DNA of 64,000 bases from Bdellovibrionales bacterium (GCA_965262715.1 OZ253553.1:384001-448000); one strand, 5' to 3'; counted from the first letter of the stretch, positions 10,411-20,671 are shown. The notes: generated from the sequence alone by a model not told the origin. Numbers and translations: made by a program.

Positions 10411-13266
10411 ATGTTTAGATGTGATATAATGACAACTATAATATCAAGGCATATTACAAATCTTATTTTTGTAAAAAAGATTTTTATTTTTTTATTTGTA
10501 AAAGTCTTAGTTGTTTTGAATTTATCTTGTCAGAAATCTATTGTAGAAAAGCCAGTTAATGTTGTTGGTGCTATTGATTCTATTTCTGTTACGTTCAACA
10601 TACCTGAGGGTATTCATATATCTGCTGATACATCTTCTAATGTTTTACTTGACCATACAGCAGACATTTTTCTTTTTGCTGAAAGTTTAATAGAGCTTGG
10701 ACGTTTATCTGATAGAGAGTTTTTTACAGAATTAGGTCATAGAATCATGGTTAACTTTTATGCAGATGAGAAGCATTATACATCTTATTCTTTTTGTGAT
10801 AACTCTTCTAAGAATGGTGAGATATCTCCTTGTGATGAAAGCGAATTTTATAACAATGATATACCTTATATAGGAGTGGCCTTAGGTGTAAAAGATATAG
10901 TTAAACATGATTCAAATTATCTAGTAGAAGAACATAAATTACCATCTTACAATGAACATGGTCATCCAGATTGTGATCCAAAAATATCAGAAGACTGTGA
11001 TCCAGCCAAACATGTAACGAGTGAGACAATAGCTGGTTTATATTCTTCATCGATGAAAGGCATAAAAGATTATATTGAAGATAGTCAGATTCTTGAGAGT
11101 GGAAATTTAGAATCAATAGAAACAACTGATCTAAGTTTGAGAACATATTTTGATGTAGTTCTGAACTTTTTAGAAGAAGTTAAGTCTTCTATTTTGGAAG
11201 ATACTTCTGAAGTTCCATTAGAGATAAAAAGAGGAGCTGCTGGTGCAGTAGAAACAGTCAAAGAAGGGATTACTGGTTTGCAAACAGATTTAAATAAAGC
11301 TATTGTATTAAGAGACAGAATAGGAATTATTGATGCTTTTAAAAAATTTCTTAATATCGAAGAAGATATTGAGGCTATTTCATGTCCTGATGAAGATACC
11401 CAACCTTTACCTGAAAGCATCATCAATCCTTTATGTAATAGTGATTTAAGAGAGATCATTATTGGATTACAAGCATTAACAGGTACTATACCTTGGATCG
11501 TTAGTTGGCATGAGGTTCCGTTTTGGGTATTTGCACGGCTCATATTAAAAGAGCTTGCCGATAGTATTAATGGTCTTTTACCACAAATACCAATAATAAT
11601 TAAAGATATGATCATATCAGAGATTGAAAAAACTATTGATCCGGATAATATTTACAATACCATTTACTCTGAAGCAAGGCAGCAAGCGAGACAAAAGATT
11701 TTTAACAATAGAGCAACACTTCCTGGTGTTGAATTATCTGATGTCAAAATGATAAGAGAAGGAGATGTTGTTTCATTTTCTGTGGATGAAAACTCCTTAT
11801 TAACAACTAATGGTTTGACATTAGGTACTGCTATGTCGGCTTTGATAGAACGATTGGAGCAAATAGAAACCTATGAAAGGGATATTTATAGTAGATACTA
11901 TCAGCCTTTATTTTCTCTTTTTAATAAATCATTAAGCATGCTTGGGCACTATCAGTTTGTAAATAAAAACAATGATGGAATGTATGAAGAAGTTATTCCT
12001 ACCAGTTTTTTTAGACCTCTTCACATTAAGGCAAATCAAACAAGAAGAGATTCTATTAATCCTTATAATTATTATGGTGATGAAAATGATGGAAAAACTC
12101 AGGCCGGTTATTTTGCTATTCCTGAGAAACTTGTTTTAGAAAGTGAAAGTGCATTTACTGTTGACTTAAATGCAACACAGGATGGGAATATGCTTTCAAC
12201 AGTTGCATCTCAAGCTGAGATGATTAGAGGCGCCTCAAAAGTTTTAAGTTACTTGAGACCTGATAGGTTGAGCAGTTATGATGAGACTATGGGGGCACTC
12301 AATCTTTCTTCGAACACTGATCAGAATGGAGATATATCTTCAGATGGGATCGATCAAGCTCTCTTTCCAAAATCATCTTTTTTCAATTTACATCTTGGAA
12401 TAGCAGGTGCAGTTTTAACCAACTTAATTAGGAAGGGGATTCTCATTCACACTCTTGAGGGAGAGTCTATTCCTGGTAATGAGTTTGAAAATGACCAAGA
12501 AGGAGTCACACCTCTTTTAGTTTCTGTATATGATGTGAGAGAAGGAAATCAGGATATAGATAGCGAAGTTAAAACGATAGATATAGCTAAGTTAATGATA
12601 GCTGTTGAAGAGTTTATGTTAGCTGTTGAGGATATAGATCAAATGAATACACCTGATCTATCTGATTTTAGTAGAAAATCTTATGAAACAGTAAGTGCTG
12701 GTATAGATAAATTAAAAGAGGTGAATTTAGGGTTTCACTTTTCTATGATGATAGAATTACAAAGAGAAGATGGATGTTTTGTGAACACTCACAATATTGT
12801 TGAAAGTCATAATGCAAGATCTAATGAAACTCAATATAATGATAAAGATGATAGTAATATACTTCTAGATACTCAAATACAATCCCTACTTGCTTTAACA
12901 AGATTTTATAAAAGGTCTATGGAAGAAGCAGAACCTGATGGTCCACAAGGGGGCAGGCTTAAAAGATCTATCCTTAGAGGTTTTAATTGTGTTACAGAAA
13001 AACTTGTTGATAGTCAAAATAACTTTTATGTGGCTGAAGAAGGGACGGATCAAAAGCCATCTTTACGTCTTACAACAGATTTTTTACGATTGCTTTATAA
13101 TTTAGATTTCGTTATCTCAGGTCATGATGACTGGATGCAAAAATTAAATGACCTTCGTACACGCTGGACAGAAGGTTACATTGAGCAGTTAGAATTCTTA
13201 AAAGAGGCTTTACCTATACCTGAAACAGCAGGAAGGTTTCTTACTGATGACTGGATGCACCATTAA
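10411..13266 (+). CDS. Large acidic hypothetical lipoprotein
   Basis: 951-aa ORF, hydrophobic N-terminus ending NLSC. Confidence 0.75.
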   Translation: MFRCDIMTTIISRHITNLIFVKKIFIFLFVKVLVVLNLSCQKSIVEKPVNVVGAIDSISVTFNIPEGIHISADTSSNVLLDHTADIFLFAESLIELGRLSDREFFTELGHRIMVNFYADEKHYTSYSFCDNSSKNGEISPCDESEFYNNDIPYIGVALGVKDIVKHDSNYLVEEHKLPSYNEHGHPDCDPKISEDCDPAKHVTSETIAGLYSSSMKGIKDYIEDSQILESGNLESIETTDLSLRTYFDVVLNFLEEVKSSILEDTSEVPLEIKRGAAGAVETVKEGITGLQTDLNKAIVLRDRIGIIDAFKKFLNIEEDIEAISCPDEDTQPLPESIINPLCNSDLREIIIGLQALTGTIPWIVSWHEVPFWVFARLILKELADSINGLLPQIPIIIKDMIISEIEKTIDPDNIYNTIYSEARQQARQKIFNNRATLPGVELSDVKMIREGDVVSFSVDENSLLTTNGLTLGTAMSALIERLEQIETYERDIYSRYYQPLFSLFNKSLSMLGHYQFVNKNNDGMYEEVIPTSFFRPLHIKANQTRRDSINPYNYYGDENDGKTQAGYFAIPEKLVLESESAFTVDLNATQDGNMLSTVASQAEMIRGASKVLSYLRPDRLSSYDETMGALNLSSNTDQNGDISSDGIDQALFPKSSFFNLHLGIAGAVLTNLIRKGILIHTLEGESIPGNEFENDQEGVTPLLVSVYDVREGNQDIDSEVKTIDIAKLMIAVEEFMLAVEDIDQMNTPDLSDFSRKSYETVSAGIDKLKEVNLGFHFSMMIELQREDGCFVNTHNIVESHNARSNETQYNDKDDSNILLDTQIQSLLALTRFYKRSMEEAEPDGPQGGRLKRSILRGFNCVTEKLVDSQNNFYVAEEGTDQKPSLRLTTDFLRLLYNLDFVISGHDDWMQKLNDLRTRWTEGYIEQLEFLKEALPIPETAGRFLTDDWMHH

Positions 13267-13320
13267 TGGTGAAATCAAAAAAAGTCAAAATATTACAGAC
13301 TGATTATCGAAGAATAGCCA

Positions 13321-13497
13321 GAGAAAATATCTTTGAAAAAGCCTTGATTTGATGTTTTAAGCCAAATCTTGAAGTTTTCGAGCAAACCGCTTGAGGGCGG
13401 TTTACTCTGCGGAACATCTCGTTTTTGGCTTAAAAATCAAATTTTAACTGGCTATAAAGATTCAGGTAATTTGTTAAAGAGAGAGATAGTAAGAGGA
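13321..13497. repeat. Family-B structured palindromic element (stem 13349-13440)
   Basis: TTGATGTTTTAAGCC...GGCTTAAAAATCAA with inner hairpin; homologous to 37645-37820 and to the IS30-borne hairpins. Confidence 0.85.
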
Positions 13498-13539
13498 AAT
13501 TTTCCTTAACATGAGTGCGATATCGGTTTATTCTAATAG

Positions 13540-14547
13540 ATGATGAATCGTCTTTTGCAAAAACTAAAAAGTCAAGGCCCATTACGATCTGAGAAGGTTG
13601 ATCTTTCTCAAGCGCTTTATTCTTATTTAGAGCAAGCTTCATCTCAGCAAACTAATGTAAATAAAGCCACAGACCAAAAATTGCTTTTAGATTTTGTATT
13701 TTTATGTCTATCTCTTGTTTATTGGAGAGAAAGGCAAAAAGAATTTTTTTCTCAAATAAAAATACTTTTAGAGCCTCTAAAAGAATCAATTGGGTTAAAT
13801 ATGGAGTTTTTTCAAAAGCTCTATAATGTACAAGTTTGTCCTATTTATTCCCAAGATACTCTTTATGAAATAATTGAAAGCCAAGCAAAGAGGGTGCTTG
13901 GCTCAGGTGATAAACTGCGTATTTTACCTGATGGAAAAAAGTGTATTATCAGTCTGATATTATCCTCTGACGGCATATTATCTGTGAGGTCTTATTTGCC
14001 ATATGGAGTGATTTATAATGGGCAAATATTGCCGCTTTCTGATGGCACATACTTAAAATATTCACCAGAAATGGACTTATTAGCTGATCATTTCCATATT
14101 TTCAAGAAAAATCAGAATGATTTTTACTTTATAAGAAAAATAAAAAATATTTTTTCTATCACAAGTGTATCTGGTGTGACATTTGTCCCAAATAGTTTTG
14201 ATCAAGTAGAAAAGCTTGAAAATCACATTCAAATGTATTATCATCTCAAACATTTAGAGCAGTTTTTTATAGATCGATCAACAGATCCTTATTATAGGGA
14301 TCTTGTTCATCTACTGGAGACTCAAATTCAAGATTTATCTAGAAACTCGAATTGTGTTTCAGAGAGTATAAAAGTTTATGAAAAGGTATGGAATATTTTA
14401 GATAGAATATTTCAAGATGATAAACTTCTATCTCTTTTATTAAAACAGCTTGGTGATAAGATAGATCAGATAAGGAGTTCAAATGACATCAAATATGCAA
14501 AGAAAAATACGATTAAATCGTGCCTTGGTCCAGAGTGGGGTATGTAG
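13540..14547 (+). CDS. Hypothetical protein, overlapping the pseudouridine synthase
   Basis: 335-aa ORF in apparent operon with downstream genes. Confidence 0.7.
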   Translation: MMNRLLQKLKSQGPLRSEKVDLSQALYSYLEQASSQQTNVNKATDQKLLLDFVFLCLSLVYWRERQKEFFSQIKILLEPLKESIGLNMEFFQKLYNVQVCPIYSQDTLYEIIESQAKRVLGSGDKLRILPDGKKCIISLILSSDGILSVRSYLPYGVIYNGQILPLSDGTYLKYSPEMDLLADHFHIFKKNQNDFYFIRKIKNIFSITSVSGVTFVPNSFDQVEKLENHIQMYYHLKHLEQFFIDRSTDPYYRDLVHLLETQIQDLSRNSNCVSESIKVYEKVWNILDRIFQDDKLLSLLLKQLGDKIDQIRSSNDIKYAKKNTIKSCLGPEWGM

Positions 14548-15274
14548 CCGGAGAAAAGCTGATAAACTGCTATCTGAGGGTCGCATTCAAGTAAATAATA
14601 AATCTATTCTCCAATTAGGCTTTAAAGCAGATGTTCTTAAAGATAAAGTTAAAGTAGATGGACAGATGGTCTCTTTAACACAAAATTTTATTTATTATCT
14701 TTTTCATAAACCTAAGAATGTATTGACTACATTAGATGATCCAAAAGGACGTGTTCATATTTCAGATTTTCTAAGAGGGGTTAAGCAGAGAGTGTTTCCA
14801 GTGGGGCGGCTGGATTGGAATTGTGAAGGTTTATTGATTCTGACAAACGATGGCGATTTTGCTCATCATGTTTTGCACCCTCGGTTTGCTGTTACAAAAA
14901 CCTATATGGTAAAGATTAATGGTCGTATAAAGGTAGAAGATATTTATAAGTTGAAACGAGGAGTGAATATTCTTGGGAAAAGTGTAAAGGCAAAAGAAGT
15001 GATACGTTTAAAGAAAAAAAAAGGAAAATATGATTGGGTGAAGATTACTATTTCAGAAGGAAAAAACCAACAAATCAAGAGGATGTTTCAAAAAGTAGGA
15101 TTTGATGTGATCAAACTCAAGCGAGTGCTCATAGGTCATTTAGGATTAGGACATTTGAAAAAAGGACAGATGCGTTTGTTACGTAAGGAGGATTTTTTTA
15201 AAATTTTCTCTGATTATAAAACAAATAAGCTGCAAGTTAAAAATTTAGAATATTTAAAAAACTTAGGTTTATAA
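14483..15274 (+). CDS. rluB: rRNA pseudouridine synthase, RsuA/RluB family
   Basis: S4 domain (RLNRAL...SRRKAD), HKP, FPVGRLD catalytic motif, EGKNQQIKRM. Confidence 0.9.
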   Translation: MTSNMQRKIRLNRALVQSGVCSRRKADKLLSEGRIQVNNKSILQLGFKADVLKDKVKVDGQMVSLTQNFIYYLFHKPKNVLTTLDDPKGRVHISDFLRGVKQRVFPVGRLDWNCEGLLILTNDGDFAHHVLHPRFAVTKTYMVKINGRIKVEDIYKLKRGVNILGKSVKAKEVIRLKKKKGKYDWVKITISEGKNQQIKRMFQKVGFDVIKLKRVLIGHLGLGHLKKGQMRLLRKEDFFKIFSDYKTNKLQVKNLEYLKNLGL

Positions 15275-15302
15275 TTGTGCTGTAAAACAAAGAGGAGATA
15301 AA

Positions 15303-15611
15303 GTGTCATCACCAGCCACAGAACCTGTAGATATGGAAGTGCAAATTGAAGATGAAAGCAGCAGTTTGACAGTAGAACCAGGGGAGACTCTTTTAGAGGC
15401 TGCCTTGCAAGCTGGCTTGAATGCCCCTTACTCCTGCATGGCTGGAGCCTGCACATCTTGTAAGGCTCAACTTATATCAGGAAATGTGATGATGGAAAGC
15501 AGTGATGCTTTAACGGATGAGGAAATTGCATCTGGAGAAATATTGACTTGTCAGGCAAAGCCGGTTTCTTGTGAGAAACTCAAAATTAAATATCTATCAG
15601 ATTTCATTTAG
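15303..15611 (+). CDS. 2Fe-2S ferredoxin
   Basis: PYSCMAGACTSC...LTCQ; GAGGAG RBS. Confidence 0.95.
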   Translation: MSSPATEPVDMEVQIEDESSSLTVEPGETLLEAALQAGLNAPYSCMAGACTSCKAQLISGNVMMESSDALTDEEIASGEILTCQAKPVSCEKLKIKYLSDFI

Positions 15612-15682
15612 CAGCGATCTCAAAGTTTGAATCTATTATGAAACTCTTTAATGAGAAATAAGAAATTTTCCTTAACATTGTA

Positions 15683-17020
15683 CGTAACTTCAAATCGCAA
15701 GTGCAACTCTTTTGTGTTTGTAGATATTTTTAAAAGTTGTATCACTTTAGGATTAATATTCCAACAAAGTTTTAATTATCATGAAAGATTATTGTAAATT
15801 ATTTAATTTGAATGAATGTATTTTGATGTTTATGGCAAAGTCTCGTAGTCCTCGAGCTAAAGCTCTGCGGAAGAACGATCCTTTGCCATAAACATCAAGC
15901 TGTCAAATAAGCATCTTCAGAAGTTATTATATATAAGTAAAATTAAATGGATAAACTATGAATAACTTCAGCAAACCATCTTTTGTCTATGAAACTCATT
16001 AGGAGTTAGAAAACCTAAACTCTTTCGAGGGCGATGGTTTAAAAGAGACTCAACCTTTTTTACATCCTTAGAGGCGATTTCTCTAAAATCTGTCTTCTTT
16101 GGAAAATACTGACGGATTAAACCATTCGTGTTCTCATTTAAACCTCTCTGATATGAACTGTAAGGATGTGCAAAATAAACTTTACATCCAGTATATTCAC
16201 TGATCTTCTCATGACACGAAAACTCTTTACCATTATCCAAAGTCATTGTATGAACAACCTCTCCTTTAAGAGCTTTAGAAATAGCATGAAAAACTGCCTC
16301 ATATCTCTTAGATTCTATTTTGACAATCCTCGTCTTCTTAGAACATCTATCTACCAGCGTGACTAAAGCTCCTTTATGATGTCTACCTATCATTAGATCA
16401 CCTTCCCAGTCTCCTATCCGACTCTTCTTATCTACTATCTTAGGCCTTTTATCAATGCTCACTCTATTCTTTATCTGACCCCTTTTATCAAATCTACTTG
16501 TACCATATCGCTTCTTCCGTTGCCTCTGACATCTTAAAAATTTGTAGAGATCTCCTCCTGATTGCTTATCTCCAAGAATATGCTGATAAATACTCTCATG
16601 ACTTATAGACAAACCTTTTCGTTTAAGAAAACCGGATATCTGTTCCGGACTCAAACGATCACGAAGAAACCTCTCAAGCTTATTAATGACTTTTTGTGTT
16701 ATCTTTATATGTCTATGAGAGTTTTGAAGACGATCGACTGCTTTTTCATGGGCTTGTTGAGGACGATAACCTCGCAAACCTTTGTTGCGATTCAATTCCC
16801 TATATATGGTGCTTTTATCTCGACCTACCTGAGTAGCAATTGAACTTATTGATTTTCCACTTTGCAAAAAAGCTAAAATCTGGTATCTCTCATGTTGGGT
16901 TAGATGAGTGTAATTGCTCATGGAATACTCCTTTCATTATTTAAAGAGATTGATTAGAGTATTCCTCTAACCCGCTTTAAATAACTATGCAAGGAGTTGC
17001 ACTTGCAACTTGAATCCACC
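15683..17020 (-). mobile_element. IS30-family element, copy 1 (1338 bp, TSD GTA)
   Basis: Imperfect TIRs CGTAACTTCAAATCGCAAGTGCAAC / GTTGCACTTGCAACTTGAATCCACC; flanked GTA|...|GTA. Confidence 0.97.
15968..16921 (-). CDS. IS30-family transposase
   Basis: HTH (STIYRELNRN), GDWEGD, TLDNGKEF, RGLNENTNGLIRQYFPK, LNHRPRK. Confidence 0.98.
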   Translation of the reverse strand: MSNYTHLTQHERYQILAFLQSGKSISSIATQVGRDKSTIYRELNRNKGLRGYRPQQAHEKAVDRLQNSHRHIKITQKVINKLERFLRDRLSPEQISGFLKRKGLSISHESIYQHILGDKQSGGDLYKFLRCQRQRKKRYGTSRFDKRGQIKNRVSIDKRPKIVDKKSRIGDWEGDLMIGRHHKGALVTLVDRCSKKTRIVKIESKRYEAVFHAISKALKGEVVHTMTLDNGKEFSCHEKISEYTGCKVYFAHPYSSYQRGLNENTNGLIRQYFPKKTDFREIASKDVKKVESLLNHRPRKSLGFLTPNEFHRQKMVC

Positions 17021-17072
17021 GTATCAAATAACAAGAGGTATCTGCCTTACTAAAAATAAACAGATTCCAGGA

Positions 17073-17654
17073 TTCCCGGACTACAGAGATAGCAATTAAG
17101 CAAGGTTTAACTTAGGCAAATTAGTAAACAACAATAGGCTTTCTAGTTATAAAGGTTGCGTAAGACATAATAACTGATCTTACGCAAAGATACCTCAAGA
17201 GGTTGAGACTAGTTTTTGAGTATTTTTACACAATTTATATAGAAAAGCCCCAAGTTTATCAGCTTCTCTGATTAATTTTTGATGGTTAACAAGAGTTAAT
17301 ATTGTTTGTGCTTCCCTCAGAGAACCTAAACTAATCTCATAGAACTTCCTACGCTCTTTATGACTAGACTTAGCAGAGCCTTCGGCTAGATTGAGTACAA
17401 TGCTAAGCATAGCCCTTTGAAACTGGTTCTTCATAGGTCCTCTTAAACTTAAGCTATTAGATTTATGATAGAATTGAATTGCTAGTTGATAAGTTTTGAA
17501 TTTTTTCATAATTTTTTTCTCCTTTACCTTTTGGTGGGAGAAAAAAATTAGGGAAAAGTTCAAGACAAACAGATTGCCAGTTTCCCGGGATTCCCGGTTT
17601 CCCGGACTACAGAGATAGCAATTAAGCAAGGTTTAACTTAGGCAAATTAGTAAA
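17073..17654. repeat. 56-bp identical direct repeats (17073-17128, 17599-17654) bracketing the four-helix-bundle gene
   Basis: TTCCCGGACTACAGAGATAGCAATTAAGCAAGGTTTAACTTAGGCAAATTAGTAAA in both; weaker similarity extends to ~110 bp. Confidence 0.95.
17195..17509 (-). CDS. Four-helix-bundle protein (23S rRNA IVP/bAvd-like), 104 aa
   Basis: YQLAIQF...KNQFQRAMLSIVLNLAEGSAK...RRKFYEISLGSLRE; AAGGAG RBS before ATG at 17509 (ORF-track start 17629 is too long). Confidence 0.9.
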   Translation of the reverse strand: MKKFKTYQLAIQFYHKSNSLSLRGPMKNQFQRAMLSIVLNLAEGSAKSSHKERRKFYEISLGSLREAQTILTLVNHQKLIREADKLGAFLYKLCKNTQKLVSTS

Positions 17655-17790
17655 TAACAAACATATCTCTTAAATTTATAAAAGCTGCGTAAGATGAGTT
17701 AATAAGGTATATTTTGCAGTTTTAATGTGTTGTCTTGAAGTAACAACAACTCCTAGAGTGTAGATATAAAGAAATAGGAAGGCCTAATAA

Positions 17791-19749
17791 TTATCCTGCT
17801 TTTTTCTTAAAGAAAGGAATCGCCTTTATAATATCCTTTAGATCGCTTTTTAAAATATTTATAGATTTTTTATGATAGCTAAGGGCGCGCATTTCTTGCT
17901 TAGCCTTTATGAAATTAGGATCAAGATGGTATGCATATTTAAGATGACTTATGGCCATTTCTTTATTATCTAATATCTTATAAAATAAGCCTTTTACAAA
18001 GTAAAAAAGTGCTGTGTTTCTATATTCTGGAGGTATTTTATCAAAACATGAGTTGATCTCTTTTACTTGTTGAGATGAATTCTGACTGGAGAGATTGGTA
18101 ATTTGAGACCAAATGAAATATAAGAGAACGTGAGGGGCCGGGGATGTATCGATCTTCATAAGTTTTCTAAATAATTCTAAGGCTGTTTTTTTATTATTAA
18201 CATCTAAAGCTTTTTTTGCTTCTAAAAAGAGTTGTTTTGATTCTAAAACAACCGTTAAGTTTTCATATTCTAAAGACAGTTCATAGTCCTTTCTTTTCTT
18301 TGCACTTGATAACACATCATAAGCTGTTTTTATTTTATGGAATATATTTGTAAGAAGGTTTTTAACTTCGTTGGATTCTAGAGAATTGACGGTATTTGGA
18401 TAGAAAATAACAGATAACTCTTTATAGGCTTGCCTGATTTCAGAAATATTTGCTTGCTGTGAAATATTTAACACTTCAAAGTGGCTTTGAAGTGTTAAAT
18501 TGTTTAATATTTTTTTCAACCTTAAAATTTTTACTTGAGCTGTCTCTCCATCTTTTGTAATTTGTAAATATCCTTGTCTGTTTAATAAAAGCAAATGCAC
18601 CATAAAATAAACCTCATTGATGTGATTAGGATATTTATTGAGCAGAGAAAGTAAAGAATGGTTCTCATCTCTGATAGAAATTAAAATCTCCATTGTCTTT
18701 TCAAATGTTGAAGTGGAAAAATCAGAAAGTGTAAGGGTTGATTTAGCATGTATTTGATCATTCAATCTATTCAAATAGATATTTTTAATATATGTTATAG
18801 GAATTTTTACTTTAAGATACTTAGTATAAATTTTCATTAATTCCTTTTGATTAATTTGTGTAGACTTTTTATCAGATGAGATGTGAGCAGTTTCTTGGAA
18901 GTTTATATTATAATAAGTGTTTTGTATAAGATGCATAAAGCGTATACCAGCTTGTTCTCTTGTTAGTATTTGTATAATATGAGGACTTATTAAATTAGCA
19001 GCTACGAGTCTTTCTCCAATTTTTTTTCCATCTTCTTCTACATCAAAAAATGGTTGAAGTTCCTCAAAAGATAAAATGTTTTTCTTGATAAGAAGGTCTC
19101 CAAAAAAATCTTTCATCTGTTTTTGATTTAATTCTATAGACGTTATTTTACCTTCTGAAAGGTAAATATATTGGTTATTGTTATCAGTAGATAGATTTAA
19201 AACTCCAGATATTTTACCAAAATCAAGTAATCTTATAACTTGAGGCAATGTAAAACCATGTATTTGTTTGATATTAGAAAGTATAGAAAGCCTTTCTTTA
19301 ACAGAAAGTTCTTTTTGAGTAAAAAGCAGATCAACAAGGCTTGTTTTTGTTTTTCTATGTTTTGCAAAGCATTGATCTATTTGAGATATTAAAGTGTCTG
19401 GAGAAAAAGGTTTTGAAAAAAAAGTTTGAGTATTTATTTTTTGTTTTATTTCATCAAAAACATCTGTTTTCTGAAAGACGCCGCTCATAAAAAAGAAGTG
19501 TTTTTTATGAGAATCAGATTCTTCTTTTTCTTCAAGCTTTAGAGCTAATTCTAATCCTTGCATTTGAGGAAGTAGGCAGTCGATAACAAAACAATGGATA
19601 AAATGTATTTTATTGTAGTACATGGCTTCATTAGGTGTCAGAGCAAGAAAGGTATTTGTATAACCTGTTTGTACAAGGGCTTCTTTTATACTCTCGCCAA
19701 AGATAGTGTTATCTTCAACAATAAGTATTTTAATCTCTTCTTGTTTCAT
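17791..19749 (-). CDS. Response-regulator receiver + DUF4388-like + DnaJ-domain + TPR protein
   Basis: ILIVEDN...IDCLLP...KPF; KIGERLV; HFEVLNI...EIRQAYKEL...YPN (HPD altered)...AYDVL. Confidence 0.8.
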   Translation of the reverse strand: MKQEEIKILIVEDNTIFGESIKEALVQTGYTNTFLALTPNEAMYYNKIHFIHCFVIDCLLPQMQGLELALKLEEKEESDSHKKHFFFMSGVFQKTDVFDEIKQKINTQTFFSKPFSPDTLISQIDQCFAKHRKTKTSLVDLLFTQKELSVKERLSILSNIKQIHGFTLPQVIRLLDFGKISGVLNLSTDNNNQYIYLSEGKITSIELNQKQMKDFFGDLLIKKNILSFEELQPFFDVEEDGKKIGERLVAANLISPHIIQILTREQAGIRFMHLIQNTYYNINFQETAHISSDKKSTQINQKELMKIYTKYLKVKIPITYIKNIYLNRLNDQIHAKSTLTLSDFSTSTFEKTMEILISIRDENHSLLSLLNKYPNHINEVYFMVHLLLLNRQGYLQITKDGETAQVKILRLKKILNNLTLQSHFEVLNISQQANISEIRQAYKELSVIFYPNTVNSLESNEVKNLLTNIFHKIKTAYDVLSSAKKRKDYELSLEYENLTVVLESKQLFLEAKKALDVNNKKTALELFRKLMKIDTSPAPHVLLYFIWSQITNLSSQNSSQQVKEINSCFDKIPPEYRNTALFYFVKGLFYKILDNKEMAISHLKYAYHLDPNFIKAKQEMRALSYHKKSINILKSDLKDIIKAIPFFKKKAG

Positions 19750-20154
19750 TAGGTTCTATTCCATTGATATTATTAACTTATGCTGCTCATTATGAGTTTT
19801 TTTAGCTATACTTTAGACTATTTGCTTAGTTATTTATTTTATCGGTTTTTTTTCTGGACTTTTGAGCAAAAAATACATATTTTGTAGTTATTTTATTAAC
19901 GGTCTTACGTAAAATATTTTTTTGATACAACATATATATTTTTGTTGTGGTAGACTTCGTTATTTGATTTAGGTAAGTAGCTGATGAGACAAAGACTTTT
20001 TATTCCACAATAAGATTATAAAGTCATGATACTACTGGCACAAGGGTTGTCTATTGTCAGTAAAGAAGGCTGCTATAACAACATAGGTTGTAACTATTTT
20101 TGTAGGATCAGTTATTTAGTGTTTTTGTAGAAATAAAAAGATAAGGGGTTAAAA

Positions 20155-20487
20155 ATGTCAGTTGATGAGCAAGCTGAAGCAACAGGTAGGAGTTTTCAAT
20201 TAAGTGTCCTTGAGTCTCAAAAACTCGTTTTGGTGGATTTTTGGGCACCATGGTGCGTGCCGTGTAAGGCTGTAGCTCCAAAGCTGGAAGCGGTTTTGAA
20301 AGATTTAAATGGTAAATTTGATCTTGTCAAAGTAAATATTGAAGAGAACAATGAAGTTCCAAAAAATTATGATGTACGTAGCATTCCTACATTGGTTTTA
20401 TTTAAAGATGGTCAACCAATTGATCGTATGGTAGGTAATCATTCTCAAGAAGACATTAAATCTTTTGTTGAAAAATATATATCATAA
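20155..20487 (+). CDS. trxA: Thioredoxin
   Basis: LVDFWAPWCVPC, VRSIPTL. Confidence 0.95.
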   Translation: MSVDEQAEATGRSFQLSVLESQKLVLVDFWAPWCVPCKAVAPKLEAVLKDLNGKFDLVKVNIEENNEVPKNYDVRSIPTLVLFKDGQPIDRMVGNHSQEDIKSFVEKYIS

Positions 20488-20671
20488 TGGGATGTTTCAT
20501 TTTGAGCAGATAAAATATTTAGAACTGGTCTCAAAAATAAATATTTTGCATTTTGCTTTTGCGAATTAAAAGTTAAAATAGCAAGTCTGTGCTACAAGGG
20601 ACTTCGGTAACACTTTCTTCAAGACAAAAGGTAATAGAATAGATAAGTTAAATTCATATAGATGCGTGTAG

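Noticed and set aside
16166..16843. Small plus-strand ORFs recurring in the three IS30 copies
   Set aside because: Antisense to the transposase; recurrence only reflects IS identity
17195..17509. Diversity-generating retroelement
   Set aside because: Avd-like gene only; no reverse transcriptase, and the asd/resB duplicate differences are not adenine-specific
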